A stretch of DNA of 64,000 nucleotides from Candidatus Latescibacterota bacterium. Its GTDB lineage: Bacteria > Krumholzibacteriota > Krumholzibacteriia > WVZY01. The notes beneath the pieces are model-generated. The model saw only the letters and a program-made list of their open reading frames with translations. It did not search any database and was not told the origin of the DNA. Position 1 is the first letter of the stretch. The number at the start of each line of letters is the position of its first letter. The DNA lies in the NCBI GenBank assembly GCA_963791045.1, contig CAWBQK010000001.1:32001-96000 (forward strand), written 5' to 3'. This document shows positions 1-8,843 of the stretch, piece by piece. The translations under genes and the position numbers were made by a program.

Positions 1-385
1 CGGTAATCCGGTTTAAGCATCTTGAGAGCCGCCTGCAGATGCCGTCCCAGCTCACGATCGCGGAACTTCTCCTCGGGGCTCTTCCCCGGAGCCGGAATAT
101 TGCTGTCGAGCTCGTCAAACCGTTTCCGGTAGTTGACGATATTGAGGGACTCGTTGATGAGGATCCGGTACATCCAGGGGAAAAAGCGGCAGGAGGTATC
201 GAAGGTGTGAAGCTTTTCATATGCCTTTCACAAAAGCGGACTGGGTGGCATCCATTGCATCTTCGGAGTCACCCAGTACTCTGTACGCGGCGTTAAAAAG
301 CTTTTTTTCGTACCTTTCCACCAACACTTCGAATGCCTTCCGTTCCCCGCAAGGCAGGCTTGAACAATCATCTCATCACGGTCAG
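1..385 (-). CDS. ECF-type RNA polymerase sigma-70 factor (frameshifted; 3' end runs off the window)
   Basis: Manual minus-strand translation across two 1-nt shifts gives EMIVQACLA/GERKAFEVLVERYEKKLFNAAYRVLGDSEDAMDATQSAFVK/AYEKLHTFDTSCRFFPWMYRILINESLN, typical ECF sigma region 2. Start position approximate. Confidence 0.85.
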
Positions 386-543
386 TTGCCTAAATACCGT
401 GGATGAGTCGAAAAGTTGGTGAGTATTTTCGAAGAAGTTTGCCGTTTTGTGGGTCCCACGCCTGACCCCCGGAGACAGCCCGAAAGGTTCGCCCCGGCCA
501 GTCGGCCGGAGGGTGTCGCGGTCGATTTAGAAATGGGTTATGT

Positions 544-829
544 CTATTCGATTTCGAAGATATGGTCAAATCCTGCCATCCGGAAAATCTCCCGTATATG
601 CCGGTTCATATTCATGAGTTTGAGACTGCTGCCCGTCTCACCAAGCCGTTTCTGGACGTCCAAGCAGCACCCCGAGCCCGGCGCTCGAAATGTATTCCAG
701 ATCGGCAAAATCGACACGCAGGACTGCCGACACCTTGTTCATGGCCTCACGCGCGACATCGTACCTGCGATGCATCGAGCCTGCCGACCAGTTCGAATCC
801 GGTCCTCGTGTTTCTCGCACCTCGAACAT
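544..829 (-). CDS. STAS-domain anti-sigma factor antagonist (RsbV/SpoIIAA-like), frameshifted
   Basis: VDFADLEYISSAGLGVLL motif with the phosphorylatable Ser; continues in another frame as KLMNMNRHIREIFRMAGFDHIFEIE*. Confidence 0.85.
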
Positions 830-830
830 G

Positions 831-1239
831 TTATCGCCCCAGCTCCTTCATGATCGTGACTTGCATATGCCGGTCCTTGTACTCGTAGGTGATTTTGTCC
901 ACGATCGACTTGACGAGATGTAATCCAAGCCCCCCGACCTTCCGTTCCTCGATCGGCTGGTCCGTCGTCCACATCGGGAATCCGCGATGGATCAAAAGGG
1001 TCGACATCCTCATCCACCAACTTGATGACGTAGCTGGCCGTCACTCGGGATCCATCTGGATCCCGATGGGATGTCCGGCCCCAGTGTTATGCCGGACCAT
1101 ATTGGTAAACAGTTCTTCCATGGCAAGGTTGATCGAATACGCCAGCGATTCATCGATCTTGCTGGTCCGTCAAGAATTGACCGATATATTCGAAAATCCC
1201 ATCAAGAGATTTGAAATCTCGTTGGAATGTTTTTTCCAT
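831..1239 (-). CDS. Anti-sigma factor Ser/Thr kinase (RsbW-like HATPase), frameshifted
   Basis: Fragments MEKTFQRDFKSL, MEELFTNMVRH, VIKLVDEDVDPFDP and EERKVGGLGLHLVKSIVDKITYEY (N and G boxes of RsbW-type kinases). Confidence 0.85.
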
Positions 1240-1379
1240 TTCCACTGCACCACCTTGGAGCCATCATATACGCAGACCTGGACGCCGCAAGTGTCAATTA
1301 CACGCCATCCTCGCGGATAACCCGCAGCCCAGTCACTGGACGGGCTAAAAGCCCGGGAAAAGAACGGAAACCACGAGGG

Positions 1380-3197
1380 CTATTCTCTTGTATCGGAGTC
1401 TGAAGATTCGGTACTGAGAGGAACAAGGACATCACGGGGGAGCTGCACCGGTTGCTCGGATGTCCGGGAGATCAACACACAATTGACTGCCTCGAAGGAA
1501 GTTCCTGATTTCACCGATCCTGACAGCGTCCAATTCCGGCGTTCATTTTCCAGAACGGTCGATGGATCGGCCAACACATCGGAAAGTCTGAACTGGAGGA
1601 CGAGGTCCTGAAAACCGTCACCGCCCTCGTTCGAACAATCACAATCCCCGCCTGTACCCGGCCGGCTCACATCGCGGTACTGCACCCTCGTCGGGGCGGC
1701 ATCTTCAAGGTAAAGCGACGTCACATCGATGTCGCTGACATCGAAGTCTTCCCCGCCGACAACGGCAACCGTCACCAGGTCCTGAATACCCAATTCGACG
1801 GCGTTCGGACACACACCGGGGGCGATGTCAAAAAACACATCGAGCGTCACATCGACCCATTCGTGTATCACGACGTTCGAACCCGCCGTGGCGCCGTCAT
1901 CATGATCGTCACCAATCACCGCAATGAGAAGGTCGCGCCCCGCGTTATTGCCGCGGTACAAAAACACGGCGTGGCCGGTCGAGTCGGTTCGAGCCTTCGA
2001 CACGACGCCGGAGTGCGGCCCCGATACGATCTTGAGAGCCACATCGACGTCGACTACGGGGACGCCATGATCCTGGACGACGGCCTTGATTTCACACGGC
2101 GAACCGACCTGGGTCTGCCCCGCCGATGCCGACAAAACGAACCCGTCTGGAGCAAGACCGTCGGCCACCGGCGCGGCTGCCACCACACCACGAGCACCGC
2201 GGCCGCCAATGAACGAGGCAAAGAACAGATTTTCCTCGTTGGATTGTGTCGCTGTATTTATTGAAATCCTGGAATCGCCCGGCGAAACGAACGGCCGCAG
2301 GTCATAATACTCATCATCGCTCGCCATGTTTGTGGGCACCGCGTACGCATCGACCGGATTTGCCGGAGAATCGTCGATGCCGCCGATACTTAGCAATCCG
2401 CCTGACGCGGGCGATCCGTCGTCGGGCCCTCCGGCGGACGTCGTCAAACGCTCACCGTTGACCTGGATGATCGTGTACTGATCGGTCCCACCGCTCGACT
2501 GCAGGCTGAAAGTGATTCCAACCCCGAGTTCATAACGCATCGATGCCAGATCCGCGGGAACCGGGCTGGAAAGATTGATTTTGAAGCTATCTTGCCTCGC
2601 CGACTGGGCGCCAAAATAGAGCGCCACATCGTTGTCCGGATAGGCGTCGGGGTCATCGAAAACCACGGCCAGAATAACCCCGTCGATGAGGTCGCTCTGG
2701 TCCTCCCACACATCGACGGGCACGCGCCCGGCGGGCGCGGCGTCGATCTCGCCCTTGATGAGCCGTGTCACGTCGGCCACGGCATTCCATGATCCGACGG
2801 CATTTGGAACCGTACGATCCCAGGCGACATGGTGACCGTCGATACGTATCTCACCGTCCGTGATTTGATGGGAAAAATTACCCGACGCGGCCGCCGCCAA
2901 AAAAACCTTGCGTACTACGCCGCGGGCCGGCTTGTCGACCTCAATGGTGCCAAACGACAGTTCGGTGCCTATGCCGTTTACCGACACGCTCAAAGGGCCT
3001 GTCGCGGCAAAGATCGTCTCCAGGCTCTGGGAAAAACGAACGGTCTGGTTCGACCGATCGGATGCGCCGGGTGGTTTTGTCGGCTGGGTGCGCTTCTTCG
3101 GTTTATATTTTACGCCGTTAGCAGGGGTTACAAACGCGGCGCAAACGAGGACCAGAACAAGGGAGCGCACCACGCAACGAAAGAGGGTTCGTATCAT
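1380..3197 (-). CDS. Secreted multidomain protein with a bacterial Ig-like (Big_1-type) domain
   Basis: Long ORF; signal peptide MIRTLFRCVVRSLVLVLVCAAFVTPANG; Ig-like segment IKAVVQDHGVPVVDVDVALKIVSGP...TDSTGHAVFLYRG; start chosen downstream of the promoter at 3235-3263. Confidence 0.75.
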   Translation of the reverse strand: MIRTLFRCVVRSLVLVLVCAAFVTPANGVKYKPKKRTQPTKPPGASDRSNQTVRFSQSLETIFAATGPLSVSVNGIGTELSFGTIEVDKPARGVVRKVFLAAAASGNFSHQITDGEIRIDGHHVAWDRTVPNAVGSWNAVADVTRLIKGEIDAAPAGRVPVDVWEDQSDLIDGVILAVVFDDPDAYPDNDVALYFGAQSARQDSFKINLSSPVPADLASMRYELGVGITFSLQSSGGTDQYTIIQVNGERLTTSAGGPDDGSPASGGLLSIGGIDDSPANPVDAYAVPTNMASDDEYYDLRPFVSPGDSRISINTATQSNEENLFFASFIGGRGARGVVAAAPVADGLAPDGFVLSASAGQTQVGSPCEIKAVVQDHGVPVVDVDVALKIVSGPHSGVVSKARTDSTGHAVFLYRGNNAGRDLLIAVIGDDHDDGATAGSNVVIHEWVDVTLDVFFDIAPGVCPNAVELGIQDLVTVAVVGGEDFDVSDIDVTSLYLEDAAPTRVQYRDVSRPGTGGDCDCSNEGGDGFQDLVLQFRLSDVLADPSTVLENERRNWTLSGSVKSGTSFEAVNCVLISRTSEQPVQLPRDVLVPLSTESSDSDTRE

Positions 3198-3234
3198 GGT
3201 TCTCCTCAAGGGGCAATTGCCTTTCTTTAAGTAA

Positions 3235-3263
3235 ATTATAATGTTACAGCGCTTGTAAGTCAA
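3235..3263 (-). promoter_or_regulatory. Sigma70-type promoter
   Basis: Minus strand TTGACT-17 nt-TATAAT, ~38 nt upstream of ATG 3197; spacer contains the inverted repeat TTACA-N5-TGTAA. Confidence 0.7.
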
Positions 3264-3320
3264 ATTCAAACCCCGGAGGCCGGTCGTGGGTGGGTGGGAT
3301 CGGCTCCCAACAAAAAGCAC

Positions 3321-3360
3321 AAAGCCCCTCCGGTCAATCAAGGCCGGAGGGGCTCTTTTT
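3321..3360. terminator. Intrinsic terminator hairpin
   Basis: agcccctccgg...ccggaggggct stem with A- and T-runs on the flanks, downstream of the porin gene. Confidence 0.75.
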
Positions 3361-3412
3361 CAATCCAATCAGTTATGTCGTCAACCGCCGGCGGCGGTCA
3401 CTCGAACCCTCG

Positions 3413-4972
3413 CTAGAGGGAGAAATCCTTTACCAGGTACAACTCGAGGAAATTCGAGTCGTATTCGTCGATCGCCATCTGGAAATCCCTGTAATCGTAA
3501 CGCGCATACTTCGCCTCGACGCCAAAGCCCCGTGCGAACATATATTCGAGCCCGATATCGAAGCTGTATTTCTCGATATTGAGGTCGCGCTTGCTTCTAT
3601 AATAGACGCCGCCGAGAGACAGTGTCGCCCCGTGGTACGCCGCCGGGATTACCCGCGCCGTAATCACGTAGTCGGAGAACGCCGCACTGCCGTCGAGATT
3701 CTCGTATTTTCCGAGATAGTACGCGTAGCTCAAAACCAACCCGCCAAACCGCTCTTTGTCGATGCTGTACTCCGCCGAGAACATATCGTAGTCGACGCGC
3801 GTGCCAAGCTCTTCCCGCTTGCGCTCGCGCCCCTGATAGAGCGCCGACAGCGAACCGAATCGATCGAGACGGTATTTTGCCGTCAGCTGATAGCGAGTGT
3901 AGTCCTCGTCACCGATGAGAGTCGACGATTTATCATCCTTGTCGTTGCGCATCCCGCCCAACGCGCGGAGGAACAAACGGCCATCGTGATTGAACCATGC
4001 GTTGAAAAGAAAACCGTTAGATTTGCGTCTATCGATTTTGTCGCTCGTCCAGCGGTTGTCGTACCCAACCCTTAGACCGCCCCTCTTGTTCCAGCTCTTG
4101 GTCAGAGAAACCGTGTTGAACACGTTCTCGGTTCCACGGTCGGTGATGCTGTGCTTGGTATAACCATACACGAACCGATAATCGAGAAGGAATTGTTCGG
4201 GCAAATAAAGCTTCGCCGCGCCCCACGGCAAATGGGTGTAAAGCTTGACATCCGAATCGTTCACCTCATCTTCACGATAACTGTAGCCACCCGAGACCAC
4301 GAGCTGCTCAAATCTTGGCGTCGGAATGGTCCCTCTCAGACGAACCTCGTCGCCCTTGCGATCTCTGTCGTCGTGGAGGTAATCCTGGAAACCGTAAGAC
4401 TTGTACTCGAGCAGCAGAGTTCCGCCGTAGTGAAACGACTGGGCGCCGATAGTGAGCGCGCCGCGTTTGAAATCGGACGCCACAACGGTCGGATCTGTGG
4501 GATCGTATTCGGTATAGGTTTCGCCCTTTTTGTCGATGTGGTCAAACCCAGCATACAACTTGAGCTGCTCCACCGGCGTAATCGACAGGCGACCGCCCCA
4601 CGACGTTCTCCTGGTGGCGTTTCGTCCCTCGGACTCGTAAATTCTCCGGTACTTGTTGTCGTACAACGAGAACGAAAAGCTTTTTGCCTTCGAGAAAGAC
4701 ATTCGCGAATTCCTGTTCTCGCGCGCAACGTTCGTCAGATCCGCGGTGACCCGCAGACCGTTATCCATCGTGTAGAAGAAATTCTGAAGCGAGAACGCCG
4801 TTCCCTCGTAAAGGTTGTGTGTTTCCTGGAAAACGGCACGGTTCCCGTTCTCGTCCAGGAAGTTATAACCAAGTTTTGCACGGCCGCTGCCCTCGTCTGC
4901 GAGGACCTGTGCTGCGGCCGCGAGAAAAAGCGCCATCGCTATAAAAAACACAGTGTATTTTTTCCGCCGCAT
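3413..4972 (-). CDS. MtrB/PioB-like outer-membrane beta-barrel porin
   Basis: Signal peptide, Tyr/Gly-rich alternating beta-strands, C-terminal LELYLVKDFSL; directly downstream of the decaheme cytochrome. Confidence 0.75.
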   Translation of the reverse strand: MRRKKYTVFFIAMALFLAAAAQVLADEGSGRAKLGYNFLDENGNRAVFQETHNLYEGTAFSLQNFFYTMDNGLRVTADLTNVARENRNSRMSFSKAKSFSFSLYDNKYRRIYESEGRNATRRTSWGGRLSITPVEQLKLYAGFDHIDKKGETYTEYDPTDPTVVASDFKRGALTIGAQSFHYGGTLLLEYKSYGFQDYLHDDRDRKGDEVRLRGTIPTPRFEQLVVSGGYSYREDEVNDSDVKLYTHLPWGAAKLYLPEQFLLDYRFVYGYTKHSITDRGTENVFNTVSLTKSWNKRGGLRVGYDNRWTSDKIDRRKSNGFLFNAWFNHDGRLFLRALGGMRNDKDDKSSTLIGDEDYTRYQLTAKYRLDRFGSLSALYQGRERKREELGTRVDYDMFSAEYSIDKERFGGLVLSYAYYLGKYENLDGSAAFSDYVITARVIPAAYHGATLSLGGVYYRSKRDLNIEKYSFDIGLEYMFARGFGVEAKYARYDYRDFQMAIDEYDSNFLELYLVKDFSL

Positions 4973-4983
4973 AGTAAACCTCG

Positions 4984-5931
4984 CTACCTGACTAGGGTGT
5001 GACAGCCGCTCTGATAACAATCCAGCCCGTACTTCGCGGGAAGATCCGGATCGAGATAGAAGTTACTGTTGAACGATCCATGCGTATCAACGTGACAGTA
5101 TTCGCATGAGACGTTCGCGTATGCGCCGCCGTGCGCTGTATTGTGCTTTGCGGGGTAATGACACTGGGTACAAATTTTGTTTCCGGGCTGCCTGAGGAGC
5201 CGGTCTTGCTCGCTGCCGTGCGGTTTGTGACAGTCGAGGCAGCCGGTGCCGCTCTGAGCGGAGTAGGCGTTTACCGCCTGGTGTTCGTAAAGGAACGGGC
5301 CTCCCTGCTCGGGGTGACAGTCGCGGCAGTGCTGCTGCAGATCGTACATGACCGCCTGGTCATCGCGTTTGACGAAGCTGTGGCAGTCCAGGCACGTCAA
5401 TGCTTTCTGCAGAACTGGATGATTCGAACGCCTGCGAAACTGATCGCGGGTTGACGCGTGGCACTTGAAACAGAACTCCATGTCACGATCGAGAAGGAGC
5501 TTTGCATCGTTTGTGTGCACTTTGTGGCACGACATACAGCTCAGTTCGGCGCTCGAGTGTGCGTCATAACCGTAATTGTCGAGATCGCTGTGACCCTCGT
5601 GGCACTGTGTACAAATATCTATCGCGCTCTTGCCCGTATAATCCGCCGGGTTGGTAATGGTCTCCTTCGAGGGATCGTCCAGGTGCCCCGCGGCGCCCTG
5701 GTGGCAAATCGCGCACGCCACGACCGTTCCCGGGTCCTTGATCTCGGAACTCAGGCGATGGGCCGTCGCCTTGAGCGAGAGGTTGTAATCTTCGTGACAG
5801 TCGAGACAGGTCTCGTCATCAACGTCCACATCCTTTGTCAGGGTCGCAGACGGAAATGCAAAAACAATGATGACGAGCAACGCGAAGCCCAATCCCAACA
5901 GCCACCGGCTGTTTGATGTCCGCATTCTCAC
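4984..5931 (-). CDS. DmsE/MtrA-family decaheme c-type cytochrome
   Basis: Signal peptide; 10 CxxCH motifs (CLDCH, CAICH, CTQCH, CMSCH, CFKCH, CLDCH, CRDCH, CLDCH, CTQCH, CEYCH) plus terminal CYQSGCH; MtrA-like GPFLYEH and CHKPHGS. Confidence 0.92.
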   Translation of the reverse strand: MRMRTSNSRWLLGLGFALLVIIVFAFPSATLTKDVDVDDETCLDCHEDYNLSLKATAHRLSSEIKDPGTVVACAICHQGAAGHLDDPSKETITNPADYTGKSAIDICTQCHEGHSDLDNYGYDAHSSAELSCMSCHKVHTNDAKLLLDRDMEFCFKCHASTRDQFRRRSNHPVLQKALTCLDCHSFVKRDDQAVMYDLQQHCRDCHPEQGGPFLYEHQAVNAYSAQSGTGCLDCHKPHGSEQDRLLRQPGNKICTQCHYPAKHNTAHGGAYANVSCEYCHVDTHGSFNSNFYLDPDLPAKYGLDCYQSGCHTLVR

Positions 5932-6100
5932 CTCCGAGGTTGACGACAGGTAACTGATTGTGAAAAGGGTAGCAATTTGCGTAACTGCGTCAACTGTTTT
6001 TTTTTCTATATATTAGGAAGATTGAACAACTTGGTCTCGACGCCCTTCAGCGCGTGGCGTTTTGATCAACTTGAACAACAATAGCGGGAATTAAGCGAGC

Positions 6101-6122
6101 GGGGTTCCAACAACGGAACCCC
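6101..6122. terminator. GC-rich hairpin, possible terminator
   Basis: ggggttcc-aacaac-ggaacccc perfect 8-bp stem downstream of the 6314-7078 gene. Confidence 0.45.
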
Positions 6123-6313
6123 ACCCTTAAAACTTGTCTTTGCCGGTGGTCGCGACTGTTTCTGTAACACTCTTTGTCCAGGAAGGCAGATCCCACGCAG
6201 TGGGACCCGCCTTCCCTTCGGGACGACGACCTCTTCCTGGTTCGCCGGCCTTTCAACGAGAGACTAGAGCCGACCGATACCAGGTCCGGACCGGTCGCGA
6301 CCACACAAATTCA

Positions 6314-7078
6314 TCAACGCTCGTACAAGGATTTTACCTTGCCGAACGTGGCTTTCTGTACGTTGCCGTTCGTGGGTTCGATCTTGAAGTTGTCCTTGCC
6401 GTCACCCGGGCCCCCGTAACTGCAATCGTCTCCCACCCAGGGGATACTCCCCATCGACCCGCACGTCCCGGGCGCACTCTCGGGCAAGGGCGGAAGGTAC
6501 ACCGTCAAGGCGCCGCTCGTGGCGAAGCCGACATAGTTGACCTCCGTGTATACCTTCGCCACACCCTGGCATGGCGTAATGACGGACACCACCCATTCAT
6601 CCAACCCCTGCTGGATATGGTAGAATTCCATCGTATAACGGCTGTACAGTTCGACGGTGAACGAGTAACCCTCGACGGGCTTGACCCAACCGACCACCCG
6701 ACAACATTGGTCCTCTCCGATTTGAACCCCGAATTCATTCTTGAGCTGGACCATCACCTGTCCCCAGTCGATCCCCTCAAGGTTGCCCATCTCGAGCCTC
6801 CATCGGATTGGACGTTCGCCGGTACAATCCACACAAGGGTCCGACGCCGCGGGACTGACATTCCTGATGTCTTCCGGCCACACGGGCTCCTCGTAAAAAT
6901 GTTTCCTGTCTCCCGGCGGCCATTTCACATCAACCGTGGCCATCACAGGATCGGATTTCAAGTACCAGCCCAAGACGCTCTTACCTACGGGCGTGATCGT
7001 AACATCTGCCTGAGCTGGCACGGCGATTACCGCCACCGCCAACACAATAATACCCGCCAGGATACGTGTACCCCACAT
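6314..7078 (-). CDS. Secreted hypothetical protein with C-terminal ATFGKVKSLY tail
   Basis: Signal peptide MWGTRILAGIIVLAVAVIAVPAQA; GGAGG RBS; ends NVQKATFGKVKSLYER*. Confidence 0.8.
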   Translation of the reverse strand: MWGTRILAGIIVLAVAVIAVPAQADVTITPVGKSVLGWYLKSDPVMATVDVKWPPGDRKHFYEEPVWPEDIRNVSPAASDPCVDCTGERPIRWRLEMGNLEGIDWGQVMVQLKNEFGVQIGEDQCCRVVGWVKPVEGYSFTVELYSRYTMEFYHIQQGLDEWVVSVITPCQGVAKVYTEVNYVGFATSGALTVYLPPLPESAPGTCGSMGSIPWVGDDCSYGGPGDGKDNFKIEPTNGNVQKATFGKVKSLYER

Positions 7079-7413
7079 ACCGACACCTCCTATAAAGGTC
7101 GGCTACAAAAAGGACCTATAATTTAGTGCGGATGTATTGAGCTTGTTGCAGTATGGCGAGATGCTTTGAACTCGATGCGAACTTGCGAGCTGTGTCTATA
7201 GAGGAAGGTGGGAAACCTCACTTACCGCTGCCTAAGCAGGGGAATTTAGCCTCAAAGTTAGGCTGCGTACTTTATAGTTTAACCAATTTGTTAACGATGT
7301 AAAGGCACTTTTTTATTGATTTTTGTCAGTTTTGTTAATGCGCTCATGAACACGAACCATGCCGCGCTGTCTCGCGACTCCGCGCGCATTTATGGTGATC
7401 GCGCAACACGTTG

Positions 7414-8829
7414 TTATTTCAAAAGTATCATCTTTTGCGTCAAACGAACTCCGCCCACATCCAATCTCGCGATGTAAACACCGGAAGATACAAACACTCC
7501 ATTTTTGTTGCGGCCGTCCCAGGCCGTCACGTTTAATCCGCCGGATCGCGGCTCGTCGATCAAAGTTTTGACGTGGCGTCCCAGCACATCGAAGACCGAA
7601 AGTCTGACATGCGACGACCTCTCCAGCGTGAATGGAATCGATGTCGAAGGGTTGAACGGGTTGGGTAGTTCCGGCCGAAAGAGGCAACGGCCGGTGCATC
7701 GCCCGCCACACCCGTTTGGACCGTCACACTAAATGCAATATCGAAAGGAGGAAGCCCGACTCCAACCGGGTCGGTCGTGATTTGGGTGTCGTCACCGATA
7801 TCAAAAATCCGAATTCCCGGTAGCGTCGGCGTTCTGTCCGCGACAAACAATTCCCCATCGGGTGAGAGTTCGACATCGTTCAATACGTAGTCGCCCGGCG
7901 CGTAAAGCGTGCCCGTCTTCGTCCCCGTCGAAGGATCGAATGAAATCAGTACCGTGTAAAAGTCGCCGTCGGTGACGATTGCATAGCCCTTGTTTTCGGA
8001 TACGATGACAAAGTCGTTTATGTCTCCCCCCGCGGCGGTTTCGGTGATCACAAATCCTTCCGTTTCAAAGGAGACTGGATCGATGACCTCGATCCCACCA
8101 TCGGAGATTCCCCAAAATCCGACGCAGGACACATAGAGTTTGCCCGTCCACGGATGCAAACGAATGTCCGAAGCGGGGTTGGAGCCGACAAGAGCGATCG
8201 ACTGGCCGCCGGGTGTGACCGAGTCGGTATCGACGAGCGTGTCCGCCTCCATGTCGACAACGGCGACATAGCTCGTTCCCACAGGACCCCAGGTTGTGGC
8301 GCGGTCGAGCCTTTGCACCGTCACAAAAAGGTGATTGCCCACACGGACCATCTGGTCCATCTCCGGTGTGCCGTCGGCGTCGGAAAACCCCGACAGATCG
8401 ATCGATCCCGTATTGGACCCGTTCGATGGATCGACAATCCAGAGGTCGGTCGTATTGTACCGGGTGACATACGCCTTTGTGTTATCAACCACGAATATGT
8501 CGTGCGGATCGGAGAACGTCCCCACCGTGAACTGCAGTACCGTCGAGAAATTGTCTTCGGGGTCGAGAATCTGGATATTGTCACCGCCGAAACGGTTGAC
8601 GACATATATCAGACCCGAGAAATACCGTGACACCGCGTCGCTGTGCACACCGGCCACGTTTGTTTGCGTCGAATAGGCGCCGTCGAGTTCGACCACCGAG
8701 GATGCCCCGGTTATGAAATCCGTCGTGGTGACAAACGCGAAGTCGTTCGCGCCAGCGGATACCGCCGGCACAAACCACAATCAGCACACCCGCCGCCACT
8801 CGCCATGAATTTCTCCACATCGACCTCAT
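7414..8829 (-). CDS. Beta-propeller (YncE/BtuG-like) protein with FlgD-Ig/T9SS-type C-terminal domain; frameshifted near both ends
   Basis: Propeller repeats (YVVNRFGGDNIQILDP, KAYVTRYNTTDLWIVDP, KLYVSC); a 1-nt shift at ~7665 restores NYPNPFNPSTSIPFTL...WDGRNKNG...SGVYIARL...TQKMILLK*. Confidence 0.8.
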
Positions 8830-8843
8830 GCGCCGGACACTCC

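Noticed and set aside
452-522. GC-rich hairpins upstream of the ECF sigma gene as a riboswitch
   Set aside because: No recognisable aptamer consensus and the region is error-rich, so it cannot be supported.
6134-7126. 330-aa plus-strand ORF and other long antisense ORFs (e.g. 13839-15323, 52451-53668, 59613-61079)
   Set aside because: Shadow ORFs opposite well-supported genes in GC-rich DNA, with no recognisable motifs.
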